From Calditrichales bacterium (lineage in GTDB: Bacteria > Calditrichota > Calditrichia > Calditrichales > J004), in NCBI GenBank assembly GCA_965267575.1, contig OZ254086.1:3968001-4032000 (forward strand): DNA of 64,000 bases, read 5' to 3'. Below are positions 21,362 through 32,775 of the stretch, piece by piece. The position numbers were made by a program, and so were the translations under genes. How positions within the stretch are numbered: the stretch's first letter is position 1; every line of letters starts with the position of its first letter. The notes under the pieces are model-generated. The model was not told the origin of the DNA, ran no database searches, and saw nothing but the letters and a program-made list of their open reading frames with translations.

Positions 21362-22644
21362 ACCAATTCTCCTGCAATTTTATCGCTGTCCGCCCATTTT
21401 AATAAAACGGGTCTGATTGTATTCTGCAGCGGTTCAGCCGAATTGACGGCCACGCGGATATAGTTGCCTGTAAGACCAAACCACATATCGCCCTTTTGCT
21501 CTTCAAACAACACATCGTGAACGCTGCCAACCTGGCTGTTGTAGAACACCTCTTTTTTGCGGCGGCCCAAATCGACCATATGGCGGTAGCGCACCTTTTG
21601 TTCTGCCGCAGACACCTTGGGCGTCATTTTATAAGAGCTGGTGCCCTTTCGGTCCGAATAGGTAAAAACGTGATAGAACGAAACCGGCAAATCGGCAAGG
21701 AGCAGCTTGGAGTTTTCAAACTCGCGCTGTCCCTCTCCGGGATAACCCACCATAATATCTGTACCCAACCCGATATCGGGTATTTTTTCAACCGCATATT
21801 CGATAATCTCACGGAACTCTGCCGCACCGTGTTTGCGGCGCATCGAATCCAGGATACGATCATCGCCGCTTTGCAGCGGAATGTGCAGGTAGGGGCAGAC
21901 TTTTGAAGACTGCGCCATAAAATCGATCGTATCTTTGCCAATGGTAGTGGGCTCTATCGAGCTGATACGGATGCGCTCGACGCCATTTATGCGTTCAAGC
22001 CCCTCAAGCACGTCAAGAAACGTATAGCTCTCATTGGCATAAGTGCCGATATTCACGCCTGTCAGCACGATCTCCTTATGGCCCATATCCACCAGCTTAT
22101 GCGCCTCATCGATGATGTCTTCAAACCTGCGGCTGCGTGCCGGACCGCGCGCTTTGGCGATGATGCAAAAGGAACAGACAAAGTTGCAGCCATCCTGAAT
22201 CTTCAGATTGGCACGGGTATTATTGTCAAATAGCCCGACGGATTCTATTGTAAAAGCATCCCGCGAGATTTTCGGCGAATGGATGACACGCGGTTCAGAC
22301 ATCTTGTCCAGATGATCAACGTATTGTGCCAGGTTCATTTTGTGCTCATTACCAACGATCAGATCCACCCCGTCGATTGCTCTCAACGTGTTTACAGCCA
22401 TTTGGGCATAGCAGCCGATAACCGCCACAAACGTATCGGGATTGGAGCGCACGCTTTTGCGCACGGCCTTGCGGCACTTGGCGTCGGCCTGCTCCGTTAC
22501 CGTACAGGTATTCACCACGGTCAGGTCTGCCGCCTCGCCAAAGTCGACAATCTCAAAGCCTTTATTTTTTAGTTGCTGCGCTATGATGGCTGTTTCCGCC
22601 TGGTTAAGACGACAGCCCAGCGTATGTAATGCTGCTTTTGGCAT
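21358..22644 (-). CDS. mtaB: tRNA-t6A37 methylthiotransferase MtaB
   Basis: TLGCRLNQAE, NTCTVT, LKIQDGCNFVCSFCII, EIVLTGVNIG, RISSIEP, HIPLQSG. Confidence 0.93.
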   Translation of the reverse strand: MPKAALHTLGCRLNQAETAIIAQQLKNKGFEIVDFGEAADLTVVNTCTVTEQADAKCRKAVRKSVRSNPDTFVAVIGCYAQMAVNTLRAIDGVDLIVGNEHKMNLAQYVDHLDKMSEPRVIHSPKISRDAFTIESVGLFDNNTRANLKIQDGCNFVCSFCIIAKARGPARSRRFEDIIDEAHKLVDMGHKEIVLTGVNIGTYANESYTFLDVLEGLERINGVERIRISSIEPTTIGKDTIDFMAQSSKVCPYLHIPLQSGDDRILDSMRRKHGAAEFREIIEYAVEKIPDIGLGTDIMVGYPGEGQREFENSKLLLADLPVSFYHVFTYSDRKGTSSYKMTPKVSAAEQKVRYRHMVDLGRRKKEVFYNSQVGSVHDVLFEEQKGDMWFGLTGNYIRVAVNSAEPLQNTIRPVLLKWADSDKIAGELV

Positions 22645-22730
22645 AATTTCTTAATTTTAAAAAGCTTTTAATTTATAAAGAAAACTGCGTATTTGCTATA
22701 TTTCCGGGTCAGCCGAGAACAAACAACCGA

Positions 22731-24065
22731 ATGCTGCTCAATAAAACACACTTAAAACGGACAATAGTCCTGGCTTTGCCCATCGTTATCGGACAGATTG
22801 GCCAGCTCATGCTTGGCGTTGTCGATAACATTATGATTGGCCAGGTAGGCGCCATTCCCCTTGCTGCCGCGTCACTCTCCAACGCCCTGTTTAACCAGCT
22901 GATGGTTTTTGGCCTGGGTGTCACTTTTGCTCTTTCCCCGCTTGTCGCAGCTTCATGGGAAGCCGGCGCCGAAGACGACGTGCGCGCCCTGCAGGAAAAC
23001 AGCATGCTGATAAACCTGGTACTGGCCTCCCTGCTGATGGCTTTGATCTTTATTCTCAAAAATATACTGCCCCACCTTGACCAGGACCCGGCTGTTGTTG
23101 TTTTGGCCGATCCTTATTTGACGATTTTGGCCTTTTCACTTATTCCCTTCCTTGTTTTTCAGACCCAACGCCAATTCTGCGACGGCCTTTCCTACACGCG
23201 GGCGGCCATGTACATCATGATACTGGCCAACCTGGTCAATGTCTTTTTTAACTGGCTGCTCATCTACGGCAACTGGGGCTTTCCGCGGATGGAGCTGAAC
23301 GGCGCCGGAGTATCAACATTGCTGACCCGCATTTTCGCCGCGGCGGCAATGATGGCGTACGTTCGTTACAGCAGTCGTTTACGCAGATTCAATATTCGCT
23401 TCATCGGCTTTTCCTGGCATAAACAAACGGCATCACGGCTTCTCAAAATCGGCATTCCAACCGGCTCGCAGTACTTTTTTGAAGTCGGTGCCTTTAGCGG
23501 CGTTGCCATCATTGTAGGCTGGCTGGGCGCAGAAGCCCTGGCAGCGCATCAGATTGCCTTAAACCTGGCATCCATATCATTCATGTTTGCCTTCGGTATC
23601 TCCTCAGCGGCGGCCATTCGCGTAGGATCGGAAAGCGGCAAAGGCAGCAACGGCGACGTACGTGGCGCGGGTTTCAACGCCATTTATATTGGCGGTGCCA
23701 TCATGCTTATCAACGGGTTGATTTTTATTTTCCTGCGCTATGAACTGGTGAGCCTTTATATCGATAACCGGCAGGTACAGGAACTGGCAGCCATGCTCTT
23801 GATCATCGCCGCCATGTTCCAGGTATTTGATGGTGTTCAGGCCGTAGCCGTAGGCGTGTTAAGAGGCCTTAGTGATGTGAAAGTACCCACCTTGCTCAAT
23901 TTTATTGCCTACTGGCTGCTAAGCATCCCCATCGGCTATTTTTTTGCCTTTGGCCTTGGCCTTGGCCTGAGCGGCGTCTGGTACGGATTTGTTACCGGAC
24001 TGGGCTCAGCCGCCATTATGCTGACAATGCGTTTTCACTTAAAAAGCAAAGCGGGTACGTCTTAA
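22731..24065 (+). CDS. MATE-family efflux transporter (NorM-like)
   Basis: About 12 TM helices; VDNIMIG, LIYGNWGFP, GAGVST, AAHQIALN, FQVFDGVQ, GVLRG. Confidence 0.92.
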   Translation: MLLNKTHLKRTIVLALPIVIGQIGQLMLGVVDNIMIGQVGAIPLAAASLSNALFNQLMVFGLGVTFALSPLVAASWEAGAEDDVRALQENSMLINLVLASLLMALIFILKNILPHLDQDPAVVVLADPYLTILAFSLIPFLVFQTQRQFCDGLSYTRAAMYIMILANLVNVFFNWLLIYGNWGFPRMELNGAGVSTLLTRIFAAAAMMAYVRYSSRLRRFNIRFIGFSWHKQTASRLLKIGIPTGSQYFFEVGAFSGVAIIVGWLGAEALAAHQIALNLASISFMFAFGISSAAAIRVGSESGKGSNGDVRGAGFNAIYIGGAIMLINGLIFIFLRYELVSLYIDNRQVQELAAMLLIIAAMFQVFDGVQAVAVGVLRGLSDVKVPTLLNFIAYWLLSIPIGYFFAFGLGLGLSGVWYGFVTGLGSAAIMLTMRFHLKSKAGTS

Positions 24066-25222
24066 TCTTTCAATAGCAGCTTGGCAATCGTCTGCAACTG
24101 CATATTGGAAGTGCCTTCGTAGATTGTTCCGATCTTGGCGTCGCGATAAAACTTTTCCACCGGGTATTCTTTTGTGAATCCGTAACCGCCATGCAGGTCA
24201 ATCATCAGTGAGCACACTTCCTGCGCCGCCTGCGAGCCGTACAACTTGGCCATGGCCGCTTCTTTCAGGAATGGCCTGTTTTCGTCCTTCAGGCGCGCGG
24301 CGTTATAAACCAGCAAACGCGCTGCCTCAATCTTTGTCGCGGCATCCGCTATCTGGAATTGAACACCCTGAAAAGATGCAACCGGTTTACCGAACTGCTC
24401 GCGTTCCTTGATGTATTTCAGCGTGGCATCGAATGAACCCTGGGCAATACCGATCATCTGTGCGCCAATACCGATGCGACCTTCATTCAATGTCTCAATG
24501 GCGGCTTTATAGCCTTTGCCAACTTCGCCAAGCACATTTTCTTTGGGCACTTTGCAACCTTCAAAGATCAGCTCGCAGGTTGATGAGGCGCGGATGCCAA
24601 GCTTGTCCTCTTTCTTGCCGACCTTAAACCCTTCAAAGCTTTTTTCCACTATAAACGCCGTAATGCCTTTGTAGCCCTTTTCCGGATCGATGTTAGCAAA
24701 AACGATAAAAATCTCTGCTTCCGCCGCGTTGGTAATCCAAAGTTTTTGCCCATTCAGCTCAAAGTGGTCTCCCCTGTCAAAAGCGCGGCACTGCAATCCA
24801 AACGCGTCACTGCCGGATGCCGCTTCAGAGAGCGCATACGAGCCGATTTTTTCCGTGGTAAGCTGTGGCAGGTATTTCTCTTTCAGAGCGTCACTGCCCC
24901 AATTCATAAAAGCGTTATTAACCAGTGTGTTTTGCACGTCCACCATAACAGCCGCCGAACCGTCCACGCTGGCCAGCGCTTCAATGGCCAAAACAGACAT
25001 AAAAAAATTGGACCCGGCGCCATTATATTTTTCGGGTACGTGAATGCCCATCAGACCCATCTCAAAAAATAGCTTCGGCAGTTCGGGACGGATCATAGCC
25101 TCTTTATCCATTTCAATGAGGTAAGGTTTGATTTTTTCGTCAGCAAGCTCTTTGACGGTATCATAAAAAAAACGCTCATCTTCGCTTAAATGCGTTAAAG
25201 AGCGTGCAACAGACTCACTCAT
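24062..25222 (-). CDS. Acyl-CoA dehydrogenase (short/branched-chain type)
   Basis: YALSEAASGSDAF, KLWITNA, KLGIRASSTC, NEGRIGIGAQ, YRDAKIGTIYEGTSNMQL; stop overlaps the MATE stop. Confidence 0.93.
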   Translation of the reverse strand: MSESVARSLTHLSEDERFFYDTVKELADEKIKPYLIEMDKEAMIRPELPKLFFEMGLMGIHVPEKYNGAGSNFFMSVLAIEALASVDGSAAVMVDVQNTLVNNAFMNWGSDALKEKYLPQLTTEKIGSYALSEAASGSDAFGLQCRAFDRGDHFELNGQKLWITNAAEAEIFIVFANIDPEKGYKGITAFIVEKSFEGFKVGKKEDKLGIRASSTCELIFEGCKVPKENVLGEVGKGYKAAIETLNEGRIGIGAQMIGIAQGSFDATLKYIKEREQFGKPVASFQGVQFQIADAATKIEAARLLVYNAARLKDENRPFLKEAAMAKLYGSQAAQEVCSLMIDLHGGYGFTKEYPVEKFYRDAKIGTIYEGTSNMQLQTIAKLLLKD

Positions 25223-25267
25223 AACAATTTCCTTGATTAAAAATGGCAGGTTTTTCTTAACGGCGGG

Positions 25268-25296
25268 AATATAAAAATAGCCCGTTTTTTAAGCAA
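25268..25296 (-). promoter_or_regulatory. Sigma70-type promoter TTGCTT-N17-TATATT
   Basis: Upstream of the acyl-CoA dehydrogenase, exact 17 bp spacing. Confidence 0.6.
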
Positions 25297-25328
25297 CCGG
25301 GCAAAGGTTAACCCGGCGGGCAATCCAA

Positions 25329-25880
25329 CTACAATTCTTTAACCAGCTTCCAGTCGAATTTGCCGTTACCGACGTAGCTGTAGGAGACGGAATCCATGAT
25401 CTTTGTAACAATCGACATGCCCAGGCCATTGTCACTCAGTTTGTCGAAAGCATCAATATTTTCCAGAAGATCGGGCTCGTCTTTCTCTTCAAATTCAAAC
25501 GCTATGGAAAAGGGGTCAAGCACTTTATACAGCACTGTCCCGTCAATTACGTCGCGCAATTTGTATGACTTACCGATGCACTCTTTGGGATAAGGAGGGT
25601 AATGGCCATCCGCTTTAAAACCGGGACCGTAATCATAAATCGATATGGAGAAATACTTCATCCCTATCTCAAACTGAAAGCGGACAACCTCGTTTTCATC
25701 TGCTGTTTTGGTGTGCTCAACAATATTTATAAACACCTCGTTCATGACGGCACGCAGCTTTTGAGCAAACACGTCGCCCGAGTTAGGGTTGAGGTAGCCC
25801 GAAACAATCTCGACAAAATCTTCTACGAGACGGGTATACTCAAGCCGGCACGGCACATGAAAACGAATAATATCCTGCAT
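25329..25880 (-). CDS. RsbW/SpoIIAB-like anti-sigma factor kinase (HATPase_c_2)
   Basis: NEVFINIVEH (N box), IYDYGPGF (G1), NGLGMSIVTKIMDSVSY (G2). Confidence 0.75.
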   Translation of the reverse strand: MQDIIRFHVPCRLEYTRLVEDFVEIVSGYLNPNSGDVFAQKLRAVMNEVFINIVEHTKTADENEVVRFQFEIGMKYFSISIYDYGPGFKADGHYPPYPKECIGKSYKLRDVIDGTVLYKVLDPFSIAFEFEEKDEPDLLENIDAFDKLSDNGLGMSIVTKIMDSVSYSYVGNGKFDWKLVKEL

Positions 25881-25993
25881 GATCGGTTCCTGTGTTTCAG
25901 AGAGGCTTAAATCTAACCTTAAATTCGTCCTGATAAAACAAAACTAAATTTTCATATTTAATTATCGTTACCCTTTGTCAATTATATTGATAA

Positions 25994-26224
25994 TTATTGC
26001 TCCTGGTTAGAATCCGCTCCTTTACTACCGGTTTTGTCTTCGGTGGCCTTTTTTTTCGGCTTCCAACCCAGCACCAGGCCAACCGCAATACCATATCCTG
26101 TCGAAATATAAGGATTCGATGAAATCATGCACTGGCCGTTATAGCAGCCGATAAAATAGTAATAGGCGTAACCTGCTACCGCACCGGCCAGGCCAAATAG
26201 TATCACCTTAATATAGTTGGGCAT
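25994..26224 (-). CDS. Small two-TM protein with CxxxxC motif (DUF6132-like)
   Basis: GYAYYYFIGCYNGQCMISSNPY between two hydrophobic segments. Confidence 0.75.
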   Translation of the reverse strand: MPNYIKVILFGLAGAVAGYAYYYFIGCYNGQCMISSNPYISTGYGIAVGLVLGWKPKKKATEDKTGSKGADSNQEQ

Positions 26225-26643
26225 TATTGCTCCTTTTTATTCAATTCTTTAACAAGTGCCTTGATGCCGCCCTGAACAGCAAATGCGTTAAATCCTGCGT
26301 TACGCAGAATCTTTACGGCCACATCGCTGCGACGCGGCAGGTTGCTGTAGACAATGGTAGGTATTTCCTTGTCAAAGCTGAGCGTATCTGCGGCGTCGGG
26401 CAGTTTTTCCAAAGGAATGCGGTATTCACCGGAAAAAACGGTCTTTTTAAAATCGGATGTCGTTTCCGGCCGCACATCCAGGTATTGAAGTTCTCCGCCC
26501 TGGCTGATGATTTCAGCCACCTTGGATGCAGTCAAACCCGGTGCCTCCGCCCCGGCCAGGTTATCCTGTACATAGAAATAGACAAAGACGCTTACCATTG
26601 CCATCGCAGCAAAAACCAACAAGACTTTTAAATTATTTTTCAT
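26224..26643 (-). CDS. Membrane-anchored rhodanese-like protein lacking the catalytic Cys
   Basis: YLDVR, RIPL, TIVYSNLPRRS (Ser where Cys is usual), LRNAGF, VQGGI. Confidence 0.75.
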   Translation of the reverse strand: MKNNLKVLLVFAAMAMVSVFVYFYVQDNLAGAEAPGLTASKVAEIISQGGELQYLDVRPETTSDFKKTVFSGEYRIPLEKLPDAADTLSFDKEIPTIVYSNLPRRSDVAVKILRNAGFNAFAVQGGIKALVKELNKKEQ

Positions 26644-26743
26644 GCCAACCTTTCTCAGCAGAATATTTGGATGTTTGACCGGAGGAAACGTAACAAAACG
26701 CTAAAATAATCACTCTTGTTAAAATAATAAAGCAGGCAAAGGC

Positions 26744-29440
26744 TTAGTTTGTTACAGAGGTGTTCAAATAAAGATGAAGCTTTTCCGATAATTCTTCATT
26801 GTTGACGGGCTTGGCCAGGTAATCATTCATGCCCGCTTTAATATACTTTTCCCTGTCGCCTTTCATGGCATTCGCGGTAAGGGCCACTATCGGAATATCA
26901 CGCTTGGCGTGGTCGCTTATTTTGCGGATTGCTTTGGTCGTCTCAATGCCATCCATTTCAGGCATCTGTATATCCATAAGGATCAGATCGAAGTCTTCCT
27001 GTTCAAATATTTCCAGTGCTTTCACGCCGTTTTCGGCAAGCGTAACTTCAAGTCCTTTTTTTTCCAACAGTCTTCGTGCCACTTTCTGATTTATCGGGTT
27101 GTCTTCTACAACGAGCACGCGCTGACTGGAAAAACTACTCTTTGGAGCGCCGTTTCCATTTGCGGCAACAGAGGGTACCACCACTACTTTGAACGACATG
27201 TCCAGCGTAAAACGAGAACCTTTGCCCGGCTCGCTTTCCACGTGAATGCTTCCCCCCATCAGCTCGGATAATTTTTTGCTGATTGTCAGCCCCAGGCCGC
27301 TGCCGCCAAATCGCCTCGTCATGGAGTTATCGGCCTGTGCAAAGCTTTCAAATATGCGTTCGATATTTTCAGGCGAGATGCCCAAACCGCTGTCAACCAC
27401 ATCAAAGCGCATGAAAACGCGGCTTTGGTCCAATTGCCGGGCGTTAACCTGCAGCTTAACAAATCCATTCTCCGTGAACTTGATGGCGTTGGAAAGCAGG
27501 TTCAGTAAAACCTGCTGCAGTCTGCCGGGGTCACCCAGGACTTTTCTCGGTACATCCCCGGAAAAGTCATATTCAAAGTTAAGTCCCTTTTCTTCGGCCT
27601 TGTATTGCAGCATGGATGCCGTTTCCTTAACCACTTCCCGCACATCAAATTCGATCTGCTCTATTTCCAGCTTGCCGACTTCAACCTTGGAATAATCGAG
27701 GATGTCGTTAATCAATCCTAACAGGGATTCAGCGCTAATTCTTACCGTCTCCGCATATTCCTTTTGTTCCGGGCTCAGGTCTGTCATCAGCATCAGCCGG
27801 TTCATGCCAATTACACCGTTAAGCGGTGTACGGATCTCGTGACTCATGTTGGCCAGAAACTGGCTTTTCGCTTCACTGGCAGCCTCTGCTTTGGCCCGCG
27901 CCTGTTCCAGCTCTTTCACGGTTTTGGCAAGCTTCGACGTTTGTTTTTCCAACTGCCGCTGATTCTCTTCCATGCCGGATGCGTATTCACGCAGCTTTTG
28001 CTGGGCTTCCATCCGCTTAATGGCACCGCCAATGGCATTAGCCACCATAGATAAAATCGACTGATCGTTGGCTGCCCATATCCGTTCTTCCTTGCAGTCT
28101 TCAAAAGCCAGGTATCCCCAGTAGCGGTTATCCACAAAAACCGGCAGCAGCAAAACCGATTTTATGTTGTTAGCAACCAGAAAGTCCCTCTCAGTATCGT
28201 CAAACACCGAAACACTGCCGGCAACGTATCTGCCGCCGGAGAGGTTTTCATGCCAGTGCTGTAAACCCAGGTCCGCAAAAGCGTTTTTCAGGATAACCCC
28301 GGAACGCGTTTGCGCCGATGGCTGCCCCTGATCCCAGCGGTAGTGCAGACGCAGCCTGGTTTCATCCTTTTTCCTGATTTCTACGCTTTCAAAGACAAAG
28401 ACCCGGTCAACGCCGATATTTTTCCCAAGGTAGGCCAAAGATTCGCAGATGCCCTGGTTCAGGTCGGCTACGGTAAGCAGCATGTGGATTGTTTGGGCGG
28501 AGAAACTCACCATATCCGTATGCCGCCGGGCCACCTTTTCTGCTTTTTTTCGCTCAGTGATATTTTTTTGCACGCAGGCGTAGCACACAGGACGCCCGCT
28601 ATCGGGATGCTGAATCGTGAATAACGTCATATCAACCGGGATTTCACGCCCGTCTTTTATAGAAATCAACGCACCTTCCGCGTGCCAGGTTTTATTTTGT
28701 TTTAGCCGCGGTATTGCTTCGCTTTTAAACTTTTCGGCCGACTCTTTGTCCTGCAAATCAAAAATGGAATAGTTGGACAAATCCAGGTTATCCTCCAAGC
28801 CTATCAGTTCACGACCCGCTTTGTTTATATAAAACGGCCTGTAATCCAAAGTGGCCATCCCGATAAAATCACTGTTGTGCTCAACAAGGGCGATGAATTT
28901 ATTGATGGCGCCCATCACCTGTTCTTTAGAATACAGATTTATGTAATAAGGCAGCGAGATTAATACCAGGCAGGAAATCAGAAGCCGTATATGAGAAGTG
29001 TTTTCGTATTCCAGTAAAAAGGCGCCGGGAATTAATAAAGCAATCGAAATTATGCTGTATAGTTTGAATGTGCGGGAATCGTTAAAGCCAACAAACATTG
29101 CCGCAAAGGTTGCCAGAAAACCAAACAGATAGGCGTAATGGAAATCGTTCTGATAAACCAGAAAAGCAAACCAGGAGATAATTAAAAACAGAAACCCTTT
29201 GGTGAGAGCAATAAACCTGGTTTTAACCGGTTTCCAAAATGAAAGCCCGTATAGAGCAAACCATAACAATGAGATCAGTGTCCGCAGCCAAAAGGGGTCA
29301 TGAAAATTTTGGACCAAAAGCTTAAGAATCGGCCAAAAGCTTAAAGTTAAAATACCGCCGGCAAAGGTAAGCCAGCGATAAAGACGGATTTCACTTTCCC
29401 GAAAACGCGAAAAAGGGTTATAAAGCTGGTCAGAAGTCAT
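26744..29440 (-). CDS. Hybrid sensor histidine kinase (multi-TM, PAS, GAF, HisKA, HATPase, REC)
   Basis: [66 protein letters not shown]. Confidence 0.93.
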   Translation of the reverse strand: MTSDQLYNPFSRFRESEIRLYRWLTFAGGILTLSFWPILKLLVQNFHDPFWLRTLISLLWFALYGLSFWKPVKTRFIALTKGFLFLIISWFAFLVYQNDFHYAYLFGFLATFAAMFVGFNDSRTFKLYSIISIALLIPGAFLLEYENTSHIRLLISCLVLISLPYYINLYSKEQVMGAINKFIALVEHNSDFIGMATLDYRPFYINKAGRELIGLEDNLDLSNYSIFDLQDKESAEKFKSEAIPRLKQNKTWHAEGALISIKDGREIPVDMTLFTIQHPDSGRPVCYACVQKNITERKKAEKVARRHTDMVSFSAQTIHMLLTVADLNQGICESLAYLGKNIGVDRVFVFESVEIRKKDETRLRLHYRWDQGQPSAQTRSGVILKNAFADLGLQHWHENLSGGRYVAGSVSVFDDTERDFLVANNIKSVLLLPVFVDNRYWGYLAFEDCKEERIWAANDQSILSMVANAIGGAIKRMEAQQKLREYASGMEENQRQLEKQTSKLAKTVKELEQARAKAEAASEAKSQFLANMSHEIRTPLNGVIGMNRLMLMTDLSPEQKEYAETVRISAESLLGLINDILDYSKVEVGKLEIEQIEFDVREVVKETASMLQYKAEEKGLNFEYDFSGDVPRKVLGDPGRLQQVLLNLLSNAIKFTENGFVKLQVNARQLDQSRVFMRFDVVDSGLGISPENIERIFESFAQADNSMTRRFGGSGLGLTISKKLSELMGGSIHVESEPGKGSRFTLDMSFKVVVVPSVAANGNGAPKSSFSSQRVLVVEDNPINQKVARRLLEKKGLEVTLAENGVKALEIFEQEDFDLILMDIQMPEMDGIETTKAIRKISDHAKRDIPIVALTANAMKGDREKYIKAGMNDYLAKPVNNEELSEKLHLYLNTSVTN

Positions 29441-29523
29441 TAATCTGGATATTTTGTTTGATAGACTAAGGCTACAATCGGCTTTCTGACCGCCAAATTA
29501 ACCCGCAGAATTTTTTTTGACTA

Positions 29524-32148
29524 TTATTCAGACACTGCTTTGTGCGTTACCGAAATACCATCCCGACCTAAATCTATTTTAACATGGTAGCCTTCATTGA
29601 CGTTGCCGGCGATCAGCTCTTTCGCGATTTCATCGATAACCTGCTTTTGAATAAGGCGTTTCAAAGGTCGCGCACCGAACTCCGGCTGGTAACCGTTTTC
29701 CATCAGGTAATCAACAGCCTTGTCGCTGATCTCCGCGGAAATACGGCGGTTTTGCAGCACTCCCGTAAAACTGCTGAACTGCAGCCGCACAATCTCACGC
29801 AGGTTCTCTTTAGAAAGCGGATGAAACACGATCACATCATCGATGCGGTTTAAAAATTCCGGCCGCAGCGATTGTTTTAAAACCTGCATAACGTTGGACC
29901 GGATATCGTCGTAAGCTTTCTCGGTGTCGCTGTCGCCCGAAGCCTCTGTGCGGCTGCGGATGTATTCAGAACCCAGGTTTGAGGTCATTATAATAATAGT
30001 GTTTTTAAAGCTGACCGTACGGCCTTTGTTGTCCGTCAGCCGGCCTTCATCCAGCACCTGCAGCAACAGGTTAAAAACCTCGGGATGGGCTTTTTCTATC
30101 TCGTCCAGCAGCACCACGGAATAGGGCTTACGACGGACAGCTTCGGTAAGCTGACCGCCCTCTTCATAGCCGACGTAGCCCGGCGGCGAGCCAATCAACC
30201 TGGAAACCGAATGGCGTTCCATGTACTCGGACATATCGATGCGCACCATGTTGGATTCATCATCAAACAGAAATTCGGCCAGTGCCCGGGCCAGCTCCGT
30301 TTTGCCCACACCGGTGGAACCCAGGAAAATAAAACTGCCCAGCGGCTTGGTCTCATCGGCCAAACCGGCACGCGACCGGCGGATGGCGTTGGAGACCGCG
30401 TCGATAGCTTCCGGCTGGCCGATAACACGTTGCGCCAGGCGCATTTCCATTTGCAGCAGCTTCTCCTTTTCGCTCTCCAGCATCTTTTTTACCGGAATGC
30501 CTGTCCAGCGTGAAATAATGTCGGCAATATCTTCATCTTCCACGTCTTCCTTGAGCATCTTGTGATCTTTCTGGACCTCCTTCAGCTTTTCCTGGTTCTT
30601 TTGCAGCTCTTTTTGCGTATTGGGGATTGTGGCATAACGCAACTCGGCCACTTTGTCGAGCTGACCTTCGCGTTCGTAGCGGTCCATGTCACTCTTTAGC
30701 TGGTCCAGATTCGTTTTAAGATTGTTTATTTGCGTAATCACGTCGCGTTCGCTTTTCCACTGCAGCTGCAATTCGTTGGAGCGGTCCTTCAGGTTGGCCA
30801 GCTCTTTTCTTACGCTTTCCAGCCGCTCTTTGGATTTGCTGTCTTTTTCTTTCTTCAACGCTACCGTCTCGATCTCCAGTTGCTTGATGCGCCGCGTAAC
30901 GTCATCCAATTCCTCGGGCATGGAGTTGATCTCGATACGCAGCCGTGATGCCGCCTCATCGATCAGGTCAATAGCCTTATCCGGCAAAAAACGGTCGCTG
31001 ATATAACGGTGCGAGAGCACAGCGGCGGAAACGATCGCCGCATCGGTAATGCGTACCCCATGGTGGATCTCATATTTTTCCTTCAGGCCGCGCAAAATGG
31101 AGATGGTATCCTCTACGGTGGGTTCATCCACCAATACCGGCTGAAAGCGCCTTTCCAGGGCCGCATCCTTTTCGATATGCTTGCGGTACTCGTCCAGCGT
31201 GGTGGCGCCTATAGCATGCAGTTCACCCCGCGCCAATGCCGGTTTCAGCATATTGGAGGCATCCATTGCGCCCTCCGCCGCACCGGCTCCAACCAGGGTG
31301 TGCATCTCATCAATAAACAGAATGATCTTTCCTTCGGCTGAAGTCACTTCTTTTAAAACAGCTTTCAGGCGTTCCTCAAATTCACCGCGGAATTTGGCTC
31401 CGGCTATCAGCGCGCCCATGTCCAGCGCAACAACGCGCTTGTCCTTAAGATTATCCGGTATGTCGCCGTTTACAATACGATGGGCAATGCCCTCTACAAC
31501 AGCGGTTTTACCCACACCGGGTTCTCCGATTAATACGGGATTGTTTTTTGTACGACGCGACAGCACTTGCAACACGCGGCGTATCTCCTCATCGCGCCCG
31601 ATCACCGGATCGAGCTTACCTTTGCGTGCTAAGACTGTCAGATCGCGGCCGTATTTTTCAAGGGCCTGATACGTGGTTTCAGGGTTCTGGCTGGTAACGC
31701 GCTGATTGCCGCGAATATCGCGCAACACATTGAGAATACTGTTCTTACTGATACGGTTTTCCTGCAGCAGACGCCCTGCCCGCCCTTCGGCGTTTTCGGC
31801 CAGGCCAATCAGCAGGTGTTCGGTGCTGACGTATTCATCCTTCAGAGCCTCGGCTTCTTTTTCCGCCTCACCGATGATGTCATTGGTGCTGCGGCCGAGA
31901 TAGACCTGGCCCTGGTTACCGCCGTGAACGCGCGGCAACTGGGTAATCAGCTGGTTTACCTTGCTGGCAAAAGCTTCAACCTGCACGGCGTTCTTTTTGA
32001 GGATAGCCGCCACGACACCGTCTTTATCAACAAGCAGGCCATGCAGAAGGTGTTCAGGTTCAATGGTTTGGTTTTCGTTTTGGCGGGCAATGCGCATGGC
32101 TTCATTTAAAGCCTCCTGCGCTTTCACCGTCATTTTCTCAATATTCAT
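29524..32148 (-). CDS. clpB: ATP-dependent chaperone ClpB
   Basis: Two AAA modules ([16 protein letters not shown]), long coiled-coil middle domain, GSPPGYVGY. Start trimmed to MNIEKM, which has a GGAGGG SD. Confidence 0.97.
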   Translation of the reverse strand: MNIEKMTVKAQEALNEAMRIARQNENQTIEPEHLLHGLLVDKDGVVAAILKKNAVQVEAFASKVNQLITQLPRVHGGNQGQVYLGRSTNDIIGEAEKEAEALKDEYVSTEHLLIGLAENAEGRAGRLLQENRISKNSILNVLRDIRGNQRVTSQNPETTYQALEKYGRDLTVLARKGKLDPVIGRDEEIRRVLQVLSRRTKNNPVLIGEPGVGKTAVVEGIAHRIVNGDIPDNLKDKRVVALDMGALIAGAKFRGEFEERLKAVLKEVTSAEGKIILFIDEMHTLVGAGAAEGAMDASNMLKPALARGELHAIGATTLDEYRKHIEKDAALERRFQPVLVDEPTVEDTISILRGLKEKYEIHHGVRITDAAIVSAAVLSHRYISDRFLPDKAIDLIDEAASRLRIEINSMPEELDDVTRRIKQLEIETVALKKEKDSKSKERLESVRKELANLKDRSNELQLQWKSERDVITQINNLKTNLDQLKSDMDRYEREGQLDKVAELRYATIPNTQKELQKNQEKLKEVQKDHKMLKEDVEDEDIADIISRWTGIPVKKMLESEKEKLLQMEMRLAQRVIGQPEAIDAVSNAIRRSRAGLADETKPLGSFIFLGSTGVGKTELARALAEFLFDDESNMVRIDMSEYMERHSVSRLIGSPPGYVGYEEGGQLTEAVRRKPYSVVLLDEIEKAHPEVFNLLLQVLDEGRLTDNKGRTVSFKNTIIIMTSNLGSEYIRSRTEASGDSDTEKAYDDIRSNVMQVLKQSLRPEFLNRIDDVIVFHPLSKENLREIVRLQFSSFTGVLQNRRISAEISDKAVDYLMENGYQPEFGARPLKRLIQKQVIDEIAKELIAGNVNEGYHVKIDLGRDGISVTHKAVSE

Positions 32149-32209
32149 ATAATATCCCTCCAACAATTTCATACCGGTCCGTTCACCGGCGTTTTTGGGC
32201 TAATGATAT

Positions 32210-32251
32210 ATCAAAAATAATGCCACCAAGGCATATACGCCAACATGACAG
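32210..32251 (-). promoter_or_regulatory. Sigma54-like -24/-12 element plus upstream box for clpB
   Basis: Minus strand reads CTGTCATGTTGGCG-N12-TGGCATTATTTTTGAT; same layout upstream of hsp20. Confidence 0.65.
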
Positions 32252-32331
32252 AGGCAAAGCTCCTTCGTCGACTGAGACTCTGTTTTATGGGGTTTTATAG
32301 CGGACTAGGCGAGACATGTAGGCAGGGAGTT

Positions 32332-32538
32332 TCAGGAGGATTGTTTTTTGTTTTCACCCTTGTTTTTGTCTTCGTCCTTGTTCTTCTCATCTTCCTGCTG
32401 ATCGGCTTCTTCCACGCCTTTCTTAAACTGCTTTACACTGGAACCCAGACTACGGGCAAGCTCGGGTAGTCTCTTAGCGCCAAACAACAGTACAACGATA
32501 AAGGCAATTATAAGGATTTCAGTCCATCCAAAATTCAT
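32332..32538 (-). CDS. tatA: Twin-arginine translocase TatA/E subunit
   Basis: GWTEILII...VVLLFGAKRLPELARSLGSSVKQFKKG, charged tail. Confidence 0.93.
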   Translation of the reverse strand: MNFGWTEILIIAFIVVLLFGAKRLPELARSLGSSVKQFKKGVEEADQQEDEKNKDEDKNKGENKKQSS

Positions 32539-32735
32539 AATCTTCCCCTGGTATTATCCAAATTTTACCACAATTTACAATTTTGCCGGTAATAAACATA
32601 ACCAAATTGCAGCAGAGATTTTTATGATCCGTTCACGGTGGAATTGAGGCGGGCAACGTCGCGAAATGTCGCTTTACATCATCTGCATTTTACAGTAATT
32701 CAATAATCCATAATTTCAAATAATTCTAATGATTC

Positions 32736-32762
32736 AAAAAAAGCCCGGCATTCACCGGGCTC
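32736..32762 (-). terminator. Rho-independent terminator of hsp20
   Basis: AGCCCGG/CCGGGCT stem followed by a T7 run on the minus strand. Confidence 0.8.
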
Positions 32763-32775
32763 TAAATTCTGCTGT

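Noticed and set aside
20057..22644. Tandem methylthiotransferases as a recent duplication
   Set aside because: They carry distinct MiaB and MtaB signatures and are ordinary paralogues.
23950..23970. TGGCCT tandem repeat in the MATE gene
   Set aside because: Three copies encoding the GLGLGL stretch before the last TM helix.
32540..32735. Possible ncRNA in the tatA-hsp20 spacer
   Set aside because: No recognisable RNA family motif or convincing stem set; partly explained by the tatA promoter region.
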